From assembly GCA_039933515.1 (NCBI GenBank), contig JBDTNY010000117.1, forward strand, positions 1-55,477: DNA of 55,477 nucleotides, read 5' to 3'. This document shows positions 6,848 to 16,585 of this stretch, piece by piece. The translations under genes were made by a program, and so were the position numbers. Each line of letters begins with the position of its first letter. The first letter of the stretch is position 1. The notes under the pieces are model-generated. The model ran no database searches. It was given only the letters and a program-made list of their open reading frames with translations, and was not told the origin of the DNA. The stretch comes from Actinomycetota bacterium (lineage in GTDB: Bacteria; Actinomycetota; UBA4738; HRBIN12).

Positions 6848-7817
6848 GTCCTGGACGCTCTCGGGCGCGTTGAACCGCGCTTTGCTCGACGCGCTCGACG
6901 ACGACCCGCGGCTGCTCGTCTTCGGGCAAGACGTCGGGCGCAGCGGCGGGGTGTTCCGCGTGACCGACGGCTTGCAGGCGAAGTTCGGCGCCGAGCGCGT
7001 GTTCGACACGCCGATCAGCGAGGCGGGTATCGCCGGGGCCGCCGTCGGGCTCGCGTTCGCCGGGTGGCGATCGGTGATCGAGATGCAGTTCGACGCCTTC
7101 TCGTATCCGGCGCTCGAGCAGGTGATCGATCACGTGGCGAAGATGCGAGAGCGCACGCGCGGTCGCGTCGACATGCCGATCACGATCCGGATCCCCTCGT
7201 TCGGCGGGATCAAGGGCAAGGAACATCACGGCGAGAGCCCCGAGACGTACTACGTGCACACCGCCGGCCTGAAGGTCGTCGTCCCGTCGTCGCCGCTCGA
7301 TGGGTACCGGTTGCTGCGCCTCGCGATCGCCGACCCCGACCCGGTGGTGGTGCTCGAACCGAAGGCGCGCTACTGGGGCAAGGAAGAAGGCGAACTCACC
7401 GCGGACGGGCCCGGTATCGGCGAGGGCCGCATGCTGCGCGAGGGTGACTCCTGCGCGATCGTGAGCTACGGCTCGATCATGGCTCGCGTGCTGCAGGCCG
7501 CCGACGCGCTCGCCGCCGAGGGCATCGCGGCGCGGGTGATCGACCTGCGATCGCTCTCGCCCCTCGACGACGAGATGCTCGCGACCGCCGCGCGCGACAC
7601 CGGACGGATCGTGGTGGTCCACGAGGCGCCGCGCACCCTGGGGATGGGCGCCGAGGTCGCCGCCCGCGTGATGGAGCTCGCGTTCGACTTCCTTGAAGCT
7701 CCGGTGGAGCGCGTCACCGGCTGGGACGTGCCGTACCCCCCTGCCTCGCTCGAGGAGCGCTACCTGCCCAGCATCGAGCGGATATCGGCGGCGGTGCGCA
7801 AGGTGGTGGCGTACTGA
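6840..7817 (+). CDS. bkdB: 2-oxoacid dehydrogenase E1 beta subunit
   Basis: Transketolase-like pyrimidine-binding motifs (FDTPISEAGIAGAAVGLA, HGESPETYY). Overlaps the E1 alpha stop by 8 nt. Confidence 0.9.
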   Translation: MAESWTLSGALNRALLDALDDDPRLLVFGQDVGRSGGVFRVTDGLQAKFGAERVFDTPISEAGIAGAAVGLAFAGWRSVIEMQFDAFSYPALEQVIDHVAKMRERTRGRVDMPITIRIPSFGGIKGKEHHGESPETYYVHTAGLKVVVPSSPLDGYRLLRLAIADPDPVVVLEPKARYWGKEEGELTADGPGIGEGRMLREGDSCAIVSYGSIMARVLQAADALAAEGIAARVIDLRSLSPLDDEMLATAARDTGRIVVVHEAPRTLGMGAEVAARVMELAFDFLEAPVERVTGWDVPYPPASLEERYLPSIERISAAVRKVVAY

Positions 7818-8974
7818 TGGCCGAGCGGACATTCGCGATGCCGGACCTGGGGGAAGGACTGGAGGAAGGCGAGATCGTCGCGTGGTTGGTCGCCGCCGGA
7901 GACACGGTCGAGCTCAACCAGCCCCTCGTCGAGGTCGAGACGGCGAAAGCGACGGTCGAGATCCCCTCACCGTTCGCGGGGGTCGTGACGGCCGTCTTCG
8001 GCGAACTTGGCGAGACCGTGCCTGTCGGAGGCGTTCTGGTGACGTTCGAGGTTGCGTCTGCGTCCGCGTCGGTTCCGTCGGCATCGGCGTCGGCATCGGC
8101 GACCCAAGCCCATCCGAGCCCGGGCGGCGTCCACGCCGAGGGCGGTGCCTCCGTCGCAGCGACGCCCGCCGTGCGCAAGCTCGCGAAGACGCTCGGGGTC
8201 GACCTGGGCGACCTCACGGGGTCGGGTCCCGGCGGACGGGTGACCGCCGAGGACGTGCGCACAGCTTCAACCGGTGGCTCGGCACTTCCAGCCGCCGCTC
8301 GCGACTTCGACGTGCAGCGGATCTCGATCGCGCGGCGGACGATCGCCGAGCGGTTGACGGCGGTGGTCAGGGAGGTGCCGCACGTCACGACGTTCAGGAC
8401 GGTGGACTGCTCTGCGCTGCTGGAGGTGCGGGAGACGCTTGGGGTGTCGCCACTGCCGTTGTTCGTGAAGGCGGTCGCCGAGACCTGCCGGGCACACGCA
8501 GTGCTGCACTCGAGCTGGCACGGTGAGTCCGGGGAGATCCACGTGCCGCGGGCCTGCCACGTCGGGATCGCGGCGGACACCGACAAGGGACTCACCGTGC
8601 CGGTGGTGCACGGGGTCTGGGAGCTTGCGGTACCGGAGTTGCACGCGGAGATCCGGCGGCTCGCCGAGGCGGCACGGGCTGGATCGCTCACCCCCGAGGA
8701 GCTCACGGGAGGCACGATCAGCGTGTCGAACACCGGCTCGTACGGGTCGGAGGCGGGCACACCGATCATCAACCCGGGGCAGGGGGTCGTGATCGCGCTC
8801 GGGGTGATCGCACCTCGAGCCCTGGTCGTCGACGGTGAACTCGCCGCCCGCCCCGCGTGCACGCTCTCGCTGTCGTTCGATCACCGGTTGATGGACGGCG
8901 CGACCGCGGGGCGGGCGCTCACCGACCTCGTCGCGCTGCTGCAGGACCCGGAGCGCCTTGGGAGCTTCGCGTGA
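7817..8974 (+). CDS. bkdC: Dihydrolipoamide acyltransferase E2 component
   Basis: Lipoyl domain (VEVETAKATVEIPSP), Ala/Ser linker, subunit-binding domain (ATPAVRKLAKTLGVDL) and catalytic DHRLMDG. Starts 1 nt into the E1 beta stop. Confidence 0.9.
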   Translation: MAERTFAMPDLGEGLEEGEIVAWLVAAGDTVELNQPLVEVETAKATVEIPSPFAGVVTAVFGELGETVPVGGVLVTFEVASASASVPSASASASATQAHPSPGGVHAEGGASVAATPAVRKLAKTLGVDLGDLTGSGPGGRVTAEDVRTASTGGSALPAAARDFDVQRISIARRTIAERLTAVVREVPHVTTFRTVDCSALLEVRETLGVSPLPLFVKAVAETCRAHAVLHSSWHGESGEIHVPRACHVGIAADTDKGLTVPVVHGVWELAVPELHAEIRRLAEAARAGSLTPEELTGGTISVSNTGSYGSEAGTPIINPGQGVVIALGVIAPRALVVDGELAARPACTLSLSFDHRLMDGATAGRALTDLVALLQDPERLGSFA

Positions 8975-9888
8975 AGATCGTCTCGTTGCTGCCCTCGGCC
9001 ACCGAGATCGTGTACGCGCTGGGATTGGCCGACGACCTGATCGGCGTGACGGACGAATGCGACTTCCCGCCCGGGGCCATCACGAAGCCGGTCGTGTCTC
9101 GGAGTGCGCTCCCCCAGGGCCGGCCACTCAGTTCGGGCGACATCGATCGTGCGGTGCGTGAGCGCATGGATACGCAGCTCCCGCTCTACCGGCTCGACAC
9201 CGACCTGCTGCGCCGCGAACAGCCCGACGTGATCCTCACGCAGGATCTGTGCCGCGTCTGTGCGGTGCCGGCCGGCCACGTGAAGGAGGCGCTGCAACAG
9301 CTCGGGGTGGATGGCGACACGCAGGTCATCTCGCTCGACCCACACACCCTCGACGACGTGATCGCGCAGCTCGAGATCGTGGGGAAGGCGCTCGACCGCG
9401 AGGAACACGGGACCGAGCTTGCAGAGGAACTTCGCGCACGGGTCGCCACGGCCAGGGCCACGGCTGCCCGGCTCCCGACGATCGGTGTGTGCTGTCTCGA
9501 GTGGTGGGAGCCTCCCTACGTCGCCGGCCATTGGGTGCCCGAGATGGTCGAGGCCGTCGGCGCTTCCGACCTGTTGCACGAGAAAGGTGAGCCGTCGCGC
9601 GTCGTGACCCACCGCGAGATCCGGGACGCGAACCCCGAGATGCTCGTCTTCATGCCGTGCGGCTACTACTTGGAAGAGGCCGAGGAGGAGGGCGGGCAAC
9701 TGCTCGCGCACCCCGAGATCGCCGATACGCCCGCCGCGCGCAACGGCAACGTGTTCGCCGTCGACGCCACGTCGTTCTTCTCGCGGCCGGGGCCCCGGAT
9801 CGTCGACGGCCTCGAGATCTTGGCCTGGGCCGTCCATCCGGAGGCGTACCCCGCACCACCCCCCGGCTCGATCGTCCGGCTCGGATGA
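8971..9888 (+). CDS. Periplasmic-binding-protein fold, BtuF/Fe-siderophore-binding-like protein without visible signal peptide
   Basis: GTG overlaps the E2 stop (GTGA). VKIVSLLPSATEIVYALGLADDLIGVTDECDFP is the typical PBP type-2 (cobalamin/siderophore) N-terminus. Confidence 0.7.
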   Translation: MKIVSLLPSATEIVYALGLADDLIGVTDECDFPPGAITKPVVSRSALPQGRPLSSGDIDRAVRERMDTQLPLYRLDTDLLRREQPDVILTQDLCRVCAVPAGHVKEALQQLGVDGDTQVISLDPHTLDDVIAQLEIVGKALDREEHGTELAEELRARVATARATAARLPTIGVCCLEWWEPPYVAGHWVPEMVEAVGASDLLHEKGEPSRVVTHREIRDANPEMLVFMPCGYYLEEAEEEGGQLLAHPEIADTPAARNGNVFAVDATSFFSRPGPRIVDGLEILAWAVHPEAYPAPPPGSIVRLG

Positions 9889-9934
9889 ACGAGGGCGACG
9901 CCCCGCCGATCATGCGACCCGAGGAGACCGCCCG

Positions 9935-10738
9935 ATGACCGACGTGACGCCTCCGATCCTCGGGTTCGACCCCGATCCCGTCGCCGTGATCGAGCCGGGC
10001 GAGGTGATCGACCCGATCGACATCGCGCCCCATGCCGTCCTCTGCTTCTTCCAGGACGTGATCGCCAAGGTCGTCGCGGAACACGCTGGGAAGGTGATCG
10101 ATCACGTCGTCTCGGAGATGGGGCGCAACCCCGTCTACGAGCTGGACTACGGCGGACGGCGGCTCACGCTGCTCCACCCCGGCGTCTGTGCGCCGCTCGC
10201 CGCAGGGTTCCTCGAAGAGCTCATCGCGCGGGGGTGCCGGTCGTTCGTCGCCTGCGGCGGCGCGGGCGTGCTGGTGCCCGGCGTGGCGCTCGGTCACGTG
10301 GTAGTTCCGACGTCCGCGATCCGCGACGAAGGCACGTCGTACCACTACCTGCCCCCCGGGGAGCCCGCGCGTCCGTCGGATCTGGCCGTCGAGGCGATCA
10401 TCGCCACGCTCGAGGCGCATCACGTCCCGTACGTCACCGGCGCGACGTGGACGACCGACGCGATCTACCGCGAGACCCGGGGGAAGGTGAACCAACGCGT
10501 CGCCGAGGGCTGCCTCACCGTCGAGATGGAGGCCGCCGGGTTCTTCGCGGTGTCGGCGTTCCGCGGCGTGACGTTCGGGCAGCTCCTGTACGCCGGCGAC
10601 GATCTCTCGGGCGACGTCTGGGACCAACGGGGCTGGGACGATCACGCGAGCGGCCGCGAGCTCCTGTTCAGGCTCGCGGCCGAGGCGGTCCTGCGTCTGC
10701 CGCCCGGTGAGGTTGGCGCTGCCCTCGCCCCGCGCTGA
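9935..10738 (+). CDS. Nucleoside phosphorylase family protein (PNP/UDP-1 superfamily)
   Basis: GGAGVL...VVVPTSAIRDEGTSYHY...TVEMEAAGFFAV motifs. GAGGAG SD upstream. Confidence 0.75.
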   Translation: MTDVTPPILGFDPDPVAVIEPGEVIDPIDIAPHAVLCFFQDVIAKVVAEHAGKVIDHVVSEMGRNPVYELDYGGRRLTLLHPGVCAPLAAGFLEELIARGCRSFVACGGAGVLVPGVALGHVVVPTSAIRDEGTSYHYLPPGEPARPSDLAVEAIIATLEAHHVPYVTGATWTTDAIYRETRGKVNQRVAEGCLTVEMEAAGFFAVSAFRGVTFGQLLYAGDDLSGDVWDQRGWDDHASGRELLFRLAAEAVLRLPPGEVGAALAPR

Positions 10739-10768
10739 GGCGCCGTGCCGTTCGGTATCCTCCCGCGC

Positions 10769-11527
10769 ATGGCGTATGACGTGATCCTCGACGACCGCCC
10801 GTACCGGATCCGGCACCCCGCCGGGGTGGCGGCGCTCGGGCTCGCCACGCTCGGGCTGTACTCCCTCTACTGGTACTACCGCGCGAACGACGACGCGCGC
10901 ATGTACCTGCGCGACTACTCGATCAGACCGCTGATCGCCACCCTCGCGGTGCTCTCCGCCATGTTGCTGGCGCCGGTGGCGATCGCCGCCGTGATCTGGG
11001 CGCGGGCCCCGCTGCGTGTGACCGCGGTGCTCGCGTTCTTGCTTGCGCTCGCCGTGATGTGGAGGTCGTTCCTGCACACCGCCCGGCGGATCCGCCGGGT
11101 GCAAGAGCGCGCGGGCGTCGCGACACGCGCCTCGGTGACGACGGGATTCGCCTTGCTCGCGCTGATGCCGATCGTGGGGTACGCCTATGCGCAGGCCGCG
11201 CTGAACGCCGCGTGGACCTCCCCCACCGCCGACCACACCCCGCAGCCCGCGGGCCCCGCGTCCACCGCCGCTCCCTCGGCGCACGCGGAGCCGCGCCCCG
11301 TCGGCCACAACCGCGTCACCCCGGCCGACCTGGGCCAGCGCGTGACCTTCCAGTTCGAGTTGCCGAACGGGTTCACGACCGAGGCCGTGGGCGTCTTCGA
11401 GCGTTGGGACGCGGCCGCCCAGACCTTCTTCGTCCGCAAGAAGGACGGCACCGAGGTACGTGTGCCCGCCCGTGGTGTGCGCCACGGCAAGGTGATCCCG
11501 CCTCGGCCGGCCGCCCCCGTCCAGTAG
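10769..11527 (+). CDS. DUF4234-type membrane protein with C-terminal soluble beta-rich domain
   Basis: GLYSLYWYYRANDD motif plus further TM helices. The track ORF starts at GTG 10745; ATG 10769 (MAYDVIL) is preferred. Confidence 0.6.
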   Translation: MAYDVILDDRPYRIRHPAGVAALGLATLGLYSLYWYYRANDDARMYLRDYSIRPLIATLAVLSAMLLAPVAIAAVIWARAPLRVTAVLAFLLALAVMWRSFLHTARRIRRVQERAGVATRASVTTGFALLALMPIVGYAYAQAALNAAWTSPTADHTPQPAGPASTAAPSAHAEPRPVGHNRVTPADLGQRVTFQFELPNGFTTEAVGVFERWDAAAQTFFVRKKDGTEVRVPARGVRHGKVIPPRPAAPVQ

Positions 11528-11558
11528 CGTCCGCCCGACCCGACCCAGGAGGTCACCG

Positions 11559-11972
11559 ATGTCAGAGGGCCACGAGCTTCCCACCGCGTTGATCCGTCTC
11601 CGCCTGGGCCAGGAAGACGCGCATTACGGCGGGAACCTCGTCGCCGGCGCCACCCAGCTCAAGATCGTCGGCGACCTGATCACGGAGCTCGCGATGCGCT
11701 ACGACGGTGACGAGGGCCTGTTCCGCGCCTACGAGTCGGTCGAGTTCCTCGCGCCGCTCTATGCGGGCGATTGGATCGAGGCGCGCGGGAAGATCGTGCG
11801 CGTCGGGACGACCTCCCGGCGGTGCGAGTTCGAGATCTTCAAGATCGGCGCCGCCCTGCCCGAGATCAGTGACAGTGCGGCCGAGTTCCTGGACGAGCCC
11901 GTGCTGACGTTGAAGGCGGCGGGCACCACGGTCGTGCCCGCGGGCCACCAGCGGTTCTCACACGACGGGTAG
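11559..11972 (+). CDS. Hotdog-fold protein, 3-aminobutyryl-CoA ammonia-lyase-like
   Basis: 137 aa. LRLGQEDAHYGGNLVAGA...YESVEFLAPLYAGDWIEARGKIVRVGTTSR resembles this hotdog subfamily. Confidence 0.6.
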   Translation: MSEGHELPTALIRLRLGQEDAHYGGNLVAGATQLKIVGDLITELAMRYDGDEGLFRAYESVEFLAPLYAGDWIEARGKIVRVGTTSRRCEFEIFKIGAALPEISDSAAEFLDEPVLTLKAAGTTVVPAGHQRFSHDG

Positions 11973-11984
11973 TCCCCCGGTGGC

Positions 11985-12893
11985 CTACGTCCCGAACGCG
12001 GCGCGCAGCTGGGCGTCGAGGAGGGCCACCGACGCGTTCGTACCGCCTGCCAGGTGCACGTCGAGGAATGACAACAATGCGGCGCGGGCTTGGAACACCG
12101 CTCGGTGGTAGGTGCCCTCGTTCGCGGGGCCGTCGTAGGCCATGAGCACCTCGCGCACGAACGAGGGGCCCAGCCAGATCACGAGGCCAGCGAGGTCCAC
12201 GGCGGGGTCGCAGAGCCGGGCGTCGGCCCAGTCGATGATCGCGGTGAGCCGGGTGCTGTCCTCGCTCACGAAGAGATGCTCGCCCTTCAGGTCGCCGTGG
12301 CACAGGACCGTGGCGGCTTTCGCGCGAGCCTCGGGCGGCAGCGGATCGATCAGGAACGCGTCGACGGCGTCGCCGGCCACCCGCGTCGCCCAGTCGAGCG
12401 CGCCCTGACTCACGTCGAAGCCCGGGTCGAGCTCGAACTTGACCTTGGGGACACCGGCCCGCCGGGCGGCGGCGGCCGACGTCGCGTGCAGCGCTGACAG
12501 CGCCGCGCCCGTCGCCTTCGCGAGACCCTTGCGCGCCCATGGCTTCGGGCTGAGCATCGGACCGTCGGGTTGCTGTCCCTGGCGGCCCCTGGCGCGGGCG
12601 TAGACGCCGATCGAGAGCGGGAACTCCTCGGTGGGGGAACCGAGCGCGGTCATCGACGGGACGAGGGCGCCGAGCCGCTCAGACACCAGGTCGAGCACCG
12701 AGCGCTCGCGTTCGAGTCGATCGGCGTCTTCCTGCGAGCGGGGGAACTTCACGACATGCGTGCCGGCGGTCCACGTCACGTATTCCTCGCCTGCGTTCAT
12801 GAGCTTGGGAGCCTTCACCGAGAGATCGGGGAACGCGGCGGCGAGCGCGCGGCGAACGACGGGAGCCGACGTGGTGTCGGGCAGGGGCTTCAC
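11985..12893 (-). CDS. Aminoglycoside/choline-kinase-type phosphotransferase (APH family)
   Basis: HGDLKGEHLFV catalytic loop and IDWADARLCDP motif. Confidence 0.8.
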   Translation of the reverse strand: MKPLPDTTSAPVVRRALAAAFPDLSVKAPKLMNAGEEYVTWTAGTHVVKFPRSQEDADRLERERSVLDLVSERLGALVPSMTALGSPTEEFPLSIGVYARARGRQGQQPDGPMLSPKPWARKGLAKATGAALSALHATSAAAARRAGVPKVKFELDPGFDVSQGALDWATRVAGDAVDAFLIDPLPPEARAKAATVLCHGDLKGEHLFVSEDSTRLTAIIDWADARLCDPAVDLAGLVIWLGPSFVREVLMAYDGPANEGTYHRAVFQARAALLSFLDVHLAGGTNASVALLDAQLRAAFGT

Positions 12894-12931
12894 GACGGAA
12901 CGGTAACAGGGTGGGGCGCTCGCGGGCCGGA

Positions 12932-13321
12932 CTAGCTGGCGCGTTCGAGGCCCTGCAACACGCCGATCAGGTCCTCGACGTTGAAGGGCTTCGGCACATA
13001 GGCGTCGGCGCCGAGCTCCGCGGCCTTCGCTCGGTCCCGCAGGCTCGAGAGCGCGGAGACGATCACAACGCGTGGTCGCTCCTCCCTCGGAAGCTTCATC
13101 AGCTCCTCGAGCACGGCCCAGCCGTCCATCGTGGGCATCATGATGTCGAGGACCATCAGTCGCGGGTGGTGCGCCGCGATCTCGCTCAGGGCTTCGAGCC
13201 CGTTCTTAGCCGCGAACGTCGTGAAGCCCTCGGCCTCGAGGCTGAACTGGAGCACCCAGACCACCTGGGGCTCGTCGTCGACGACCAGCACGCTCGTCCC
13301 TGCTTCGATCGGTTCGTTCAT
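12932..13321 (-). CDS. Single-domain response regulator (CheY-like receiver)
   Basis: VLVVDDE, MVLDIMMPTMDG and YVPKPF receiver motifs. 129 aa with no output domain. Confidence 0.9.
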   Translation of the reverse strand: MNEPIEAGTSVLVVDDEPQVVWVLQFSLEAEGFTTFAAKNGLEALSEIAAHHPRLMVLDIMMPTMDGWAVLEELMKLPREERPRVVIVSALSSLRDRAKAAELGADAYVPKPFNVEDLIGVLQGLERAS

Positions 13322-13490
13322 CGTGGGTAGGAGGTTACGGCCAAGGGGTCGCTCGCCGCATCGGTCGCGCGGGCGGTTTTCCTTCTAGACCGATCGCTCG
13401 GTCGCCCGCCGAAGGTCCGTGGGGGCGGGTGACGCGGACCTAGTCAACCCTGGGGACCGGTCGCCACGCGGCGCCGTCCACATCGACGTC

Positions 13491-14489
13491 TCAGACGATG
13501 CGGACGCCGGCACCCTCGACGACGTCGCCGACGCGGAACGCCGCATGGTCGCTCCGCTCGATCACTTCCTCGACATCGGCCGGGTCGACCACGAGCACCA
13601 TGCCCAGGCCCATGTTGAAGGTGGAGAACATCTCCTCGTCCGAGGCGTCGGTCTGCGACTGCAGCAGGTCGAACACCGCGTGCTCGGGCCAGGAGTCGCG
13701 CTCGATCTCGGCCCCGAGGCCCGAAGGGAGCGCTCGCGGGATGTTCTCGTGGAACCCGCCGCCGGTGATGTGCGCCGCCGCCCGCAGGAGCCCCTCGCGG
13801 GACAGGGCCAACAGGTCGAGGGCGTAGATCGCGCACGGCTCGAGCAGCTCGTCGGCCAACGGACGTTCGAGATCGCCGGGCATCGCGTCGAGGTCGTAGC
13901 GGCCCAGGAGCGACGAACGCACGAGCGAGAAGCCGTTCGCATGCAGACCGCTTGAGGCGAGCCCGACGAGCACGTCGCCCTCCCGCACCCGGGCGGGCCC
14001 CAGGAGATCGGCCTCGTCGACGATCCCCACGCAGAATCCGGCGAGGTCGAACTGATCGTCGGGCATCACCCCGGGATGCTCCGCGGTCTCGCCGCCCAAC
14101 AGCGCACAGCCGGCGCGCCGGCACCCCTCGGCTACCCCCTCCACGATCGAGGCCACCCGCTCGGGCACGACGCGCCCGACGGCGAGATAGTCCAGGAAGA
14201 AGAGCGGCTCGGCCCCGCTGCACGCGACGTCGTCGGCGCACATCGCCACCAGATCGATGCCGACGGTATCGACACGCCCGGTGGCGCGCGCGATCTCGAG
14301 CTTGGTGCCCACCCCGTCGCTGGCGGCCGCGAGGAACTGCTCATCGCCGATCCTGAATAGACCCGCGAACCCGCCGACGCCTTCGGTCACCTCCGGCCTG
14401 GTGGCGCGTGCCGCGAGGTCGCCGATCAGCGCGACCGCTTTCGCACCCGCCTCGATGTCGACCCCCGCCCCCCGGTAGACGTCACTCAT
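13491..14489 (-). CDS. purM: Phosphoribosylformylglycinamidine cyclo-ligase (AIR synthetase)
   Basis: YRGAGVDIEAG..., DGVGTK and GGETAEHPG motifs. Pur cluster context. Confidence 0.95.
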   Translation of the reverse strand: MSDVYRGAGVDIEAGAKAVALIGDLAARATRPEVTEGVGGFAGLFRIGDEQFLAAASDGVGTKLEIARATGRVDTVGIDLVAMCADDVACSGAEPLFFLDYLAVGRVVPERVASIVEGVAEGCRRAGCALLGGETAEHPGVMPDDQFDLAGFCVGIVDEADLLGPARVREGDVLVGLASSGLHANGFSLVRSSLLGRYDLDAMPGDLERPLADELLEPCAIYALDLLALSREGLLRAAAHITGGGFHENIPRALPSGLGAEIERDSWPEHAVFDLLQSQTDASDEEMFSTFNMGLGMVLVVDPADVEEVIERSDHAAFRVGDVVEGAGVRIV

Positions 14490-15901
14490 CAGGTCGGCAA
14501 CCTGAGCTGGTCCTCGAGCACGAACTTACCGGCGTGCTCGGGGATCGGGATCGGATACTCGCCGTCGAAGCACGCGGCGCAGAACTCCGAGGCCGGACGT
14601 CCGGTGGCCTCGATCATGCCGTCTTGCGAGAGGTAGCCGAGCGAGTCGGCGCCGACGTAGGCGCGGATCTCCTCGACCGAGAGATCTGCGCCAATCAGCT
14701 CCTGGCGCGTGGGCATGTCGATCCCGTAGAAGCACGGCCATTTCAACGGAGGGCACGTGATGCGAAGGTGCACCTCGGTCGCGCCGGCCTCGCGGAGCGC
14801 CGCCACGATCTGTTTCGTGGTCGTCCCGCGGACGATCGAGTCGTCGACCACCACCAGCCGCTTGCCCCGGATCGAGTCCGGAAGCGGATTGAGCTTCAGC
14901 TTCACGCCGCGGTCGCGCAGGGTCTGCGACGGCTGGATGAAGGTGCGACCGACGTACTGGTTCTTGTAGAGGCCGTCGCCGTATGGGATGCCGGTGACCT
15001 CGCTGTAGCCCTGGGCCGCGCTATGGCCCGTGGTGGGGACCGCGATCACCATGTCGGCCTCCACCGGAGTCTCCCGCGCCATGATCTTTCCCATCTCGCG
15101 ACGCGCTTCGTGCACCGACCGGTCACGCAAGCGAGAGTCGGGTCGGGCGAGGTAGACGTACTCGAACACGCAGAGCGCCTTCCTCGGCGACTCGGCGAAC
15201 CGCACCGAGTGGAGCCCTCGGTCGTCGAACCGGATCAGCTCGCCCGGTTCGACGTCACGCATGAACACGGCCCCGACGATGTCGAGGGCGCACGTCTCGG
15301 AGGCCACCACGAATCCGTTGGGGAGCCGTCCGATACTCAACGGCCGCACCCCGTGAGGATCGCGAGCCGCGTAGACGCTGCGCTCGTCCATCATCACGAA
15401 ACAGAAGGCTCCCTCGAGCTCGGGCAGCACCCGCATCGCAGCCGCTTCGAGCCCCCCCGTGACCGCCATCTCGGTCGCGAGCATCGTCGTCACGAGATCC
15501 GAGTCGGTCGTGGCGTCGCCGCTGGTTCCCACCCGGCGCGCGAGCTCGTGGGTGTTCACGAGATTGCCGTTGTGGCCCAGGGCGAGCGAGTGCGCACCGT
15601 CGGTCTTGAACACCGGCTGCGCGTTGTCCCAGGTGGTGGAGCCGGTGGTCGAGTAGCGGGTGTGGCCGATCGCGAGATCGCCGTGAAGGGTGGTGAGCGT
15701 GGACTCGTTGAACACCTGGCTCACGAGCCCGAGATCCTTATAGACGAGGATGTTGTGCGCGTCGCTGACCGCGATCCCGGCGGACTCCTGGCCGCGGTGC
15801 TGCTGGGCGAAGAGCCCGAAGTAGGTCAGGCGCGCGACGTCGTCGCCGGGCGCCCACACCCCGAAGAGCCCGCATTCCTCTTTCGGCGATTCGGCTCCCA
15901 C
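14489..15901 (-). CDS. purF: Amidophosphoribosyltransferase
   Basis: N-terminal propeptide then CGLFGV (Ntn Cys). PRTase motif VVVDDSIVRGTT. Confidence 0.95.
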   Translation of the reverse strand: MGAESPKEECGLFGVWAPGDDVARLTYFGLFAQQHRGQESAGIAVSDAHNILVYKDLGLVSQVFNESTLTTLHGDLAIGHTRYSTTGSTTWDNAQPVFKTDGAHSLALGHNGNLVNTHELARRVGTSGDATTDSDLVTTMLATEMAVTGGLEAAAMRVLPELEGAFCFVMMDERSVYAARDPHGVRPLSIGRLPNGFVVASETCALDIVGAVFMRDVEPGELIRFDDRGLHSVRFAESPRKALCVFEYVYLARPDSRLRDRSVHEARREMGKIMARETPVEADMVIAVPTTGHSAAQGYSEVTGIPYGDGLYKNQYVGRTFIQPSQTLRDRGVKLKLNPLPDSIRGKRLVVVDDSIVRGTTTKQIVAALREAGATEVHLRITCPPLKWPCFYGIDMPTRQELIGADLSVEEIRAYVGADSLGYLSQDGMIEATGRPASEFCAACFDGEYPIPIPEHAGKFVLEDQLRLPT

Positions 15902-15967
15902 GAGGCCTAGAGGGTAGCACCCGACTCGAGGGCGTTCGCGTCGGGCCGAGCTGCGGCCCAGGACCCC

Positions 15968-16585
15968 TCAGTCCGAAAGCACGCCTTCGAGCCGGAGGAG
16001 CTGCTCCTTTCGACCGAGGCCGCCGGCGTATCCGCCGAGCGCGCCACCGGTCCGCAGCACGCGGTGGCACGGCACGACGATCGGGATCGGGTTCGAGCCG
16101 AGGGCGTTGCCGACCGCCCGCGCGGCCTTCGGATGACCGATCCTCCCTGCCAGCTCGCCGTAGGTCGTGGTGCGGCCGAACGGGACTCGGGCGGTCGCCG
16201 CGAGCACCTCGCGGGCGATCCCGTGTATCAGCCGCCGATCCAGCTGCAGCTGGAACCGCGTGCGCTCGCCCGCGAAATACTCGTCGAGCTCGCGGCGAAC
16301 CTCGTCGACGGCGGCCGGGTGCTCGAGGATCCTCGGGGAGACCTCGCGGGCCAGGCGTGCCACGACCTCGTCGCGGTCCTCGTCCTCGAACGCCACGCAG
16401 GCCAGGCCGCGGGGCGTGACGGCGACGAACAGCTCGCCGATCGGTGAGTCGACAGGCGCGACCGCGACGTCGAGGAGGTGGCGGTCGGCAGCCGCGGCAG
16501 CCAAGCGGTCCGCGGCCTCGAGCGCGCGCCGGTCGGCCTCGGCCGCTGAGGTCAGGCGCTTCAGGTTCGGGTCGGTCGGGGTCAT
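15968..16585 (-). CDS. ogt: Methylated-DNA-protein-cysteine methyltransferase with extended N-terminus
   Basis: Active site IVVPCHRVL and C-terminal DNA-binding domain. A ~45-aa Ala/Arg-rich N-terminal extension is present. The ATG overlaps the sigma-factor stop (ATGA). Confidence 0.85.
   Translation of the reverse strand: MTPTDPNLKRLTSAAEADRRALEAADRLAAAAADRHLLDVAVAPVDSPIGELFVAVTPRGLACVAFEDEDRDEVVARLAREVSPRILEHPAAVDEVRRELDEYFAGERTRFQLQLDRRLIHGIAREVLAATARVPFGRTTTYGELAGRIGHPKAARAVGNALGSNPIPIVVPCHRVLRTGGALGGYAGGLGRKEQLLRLEGVLSD

Noticed and set aside
8051-8103. Short-period repeat gcgtc(n)gc(r)tcggc... that looks like a tandem or CRISPR-like repeat
   Set aside because: It encodes the Ala/Ser-rich flexible linker (ASASASVPSASASASA) between the lipoyl and subunit-binding domains of E2. 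The period is 6-12 nt and there are no spacers. It is not a CRISPR array.
9650-11584. 644-aa minus-strand ORF, and similar long antisense ORFs (6540-7832-, 14408-15910+, 17015-18616+, 21270-23186+, 37400-39061-, 40228-41448-, 41650-43728+, 45069-47324+)
   Set aside because: All lie antisense to, or out of frame with, genes that carry unambiguous enzyme motifs. All have Arg/Gly/Pro/His-dominated composition. They are GC-driven shadow ORFs.
13322-13490. Riboswitch or leader (ZTP/pfl, purine) in the gaps of the pur cluster (also 15902-15967, 24377-24493, 25412-25487, 26763-26859)
   Set aside because: I could not find the conserved ZTP (GGGUCGUGAC...CCGCCUGGGCA) or purine-riboswitch cores by eye. 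The visible structures are simple GC hairpins placed like terminators. A covariance-model scan would be needed to exclude a riboswitch rigorously.
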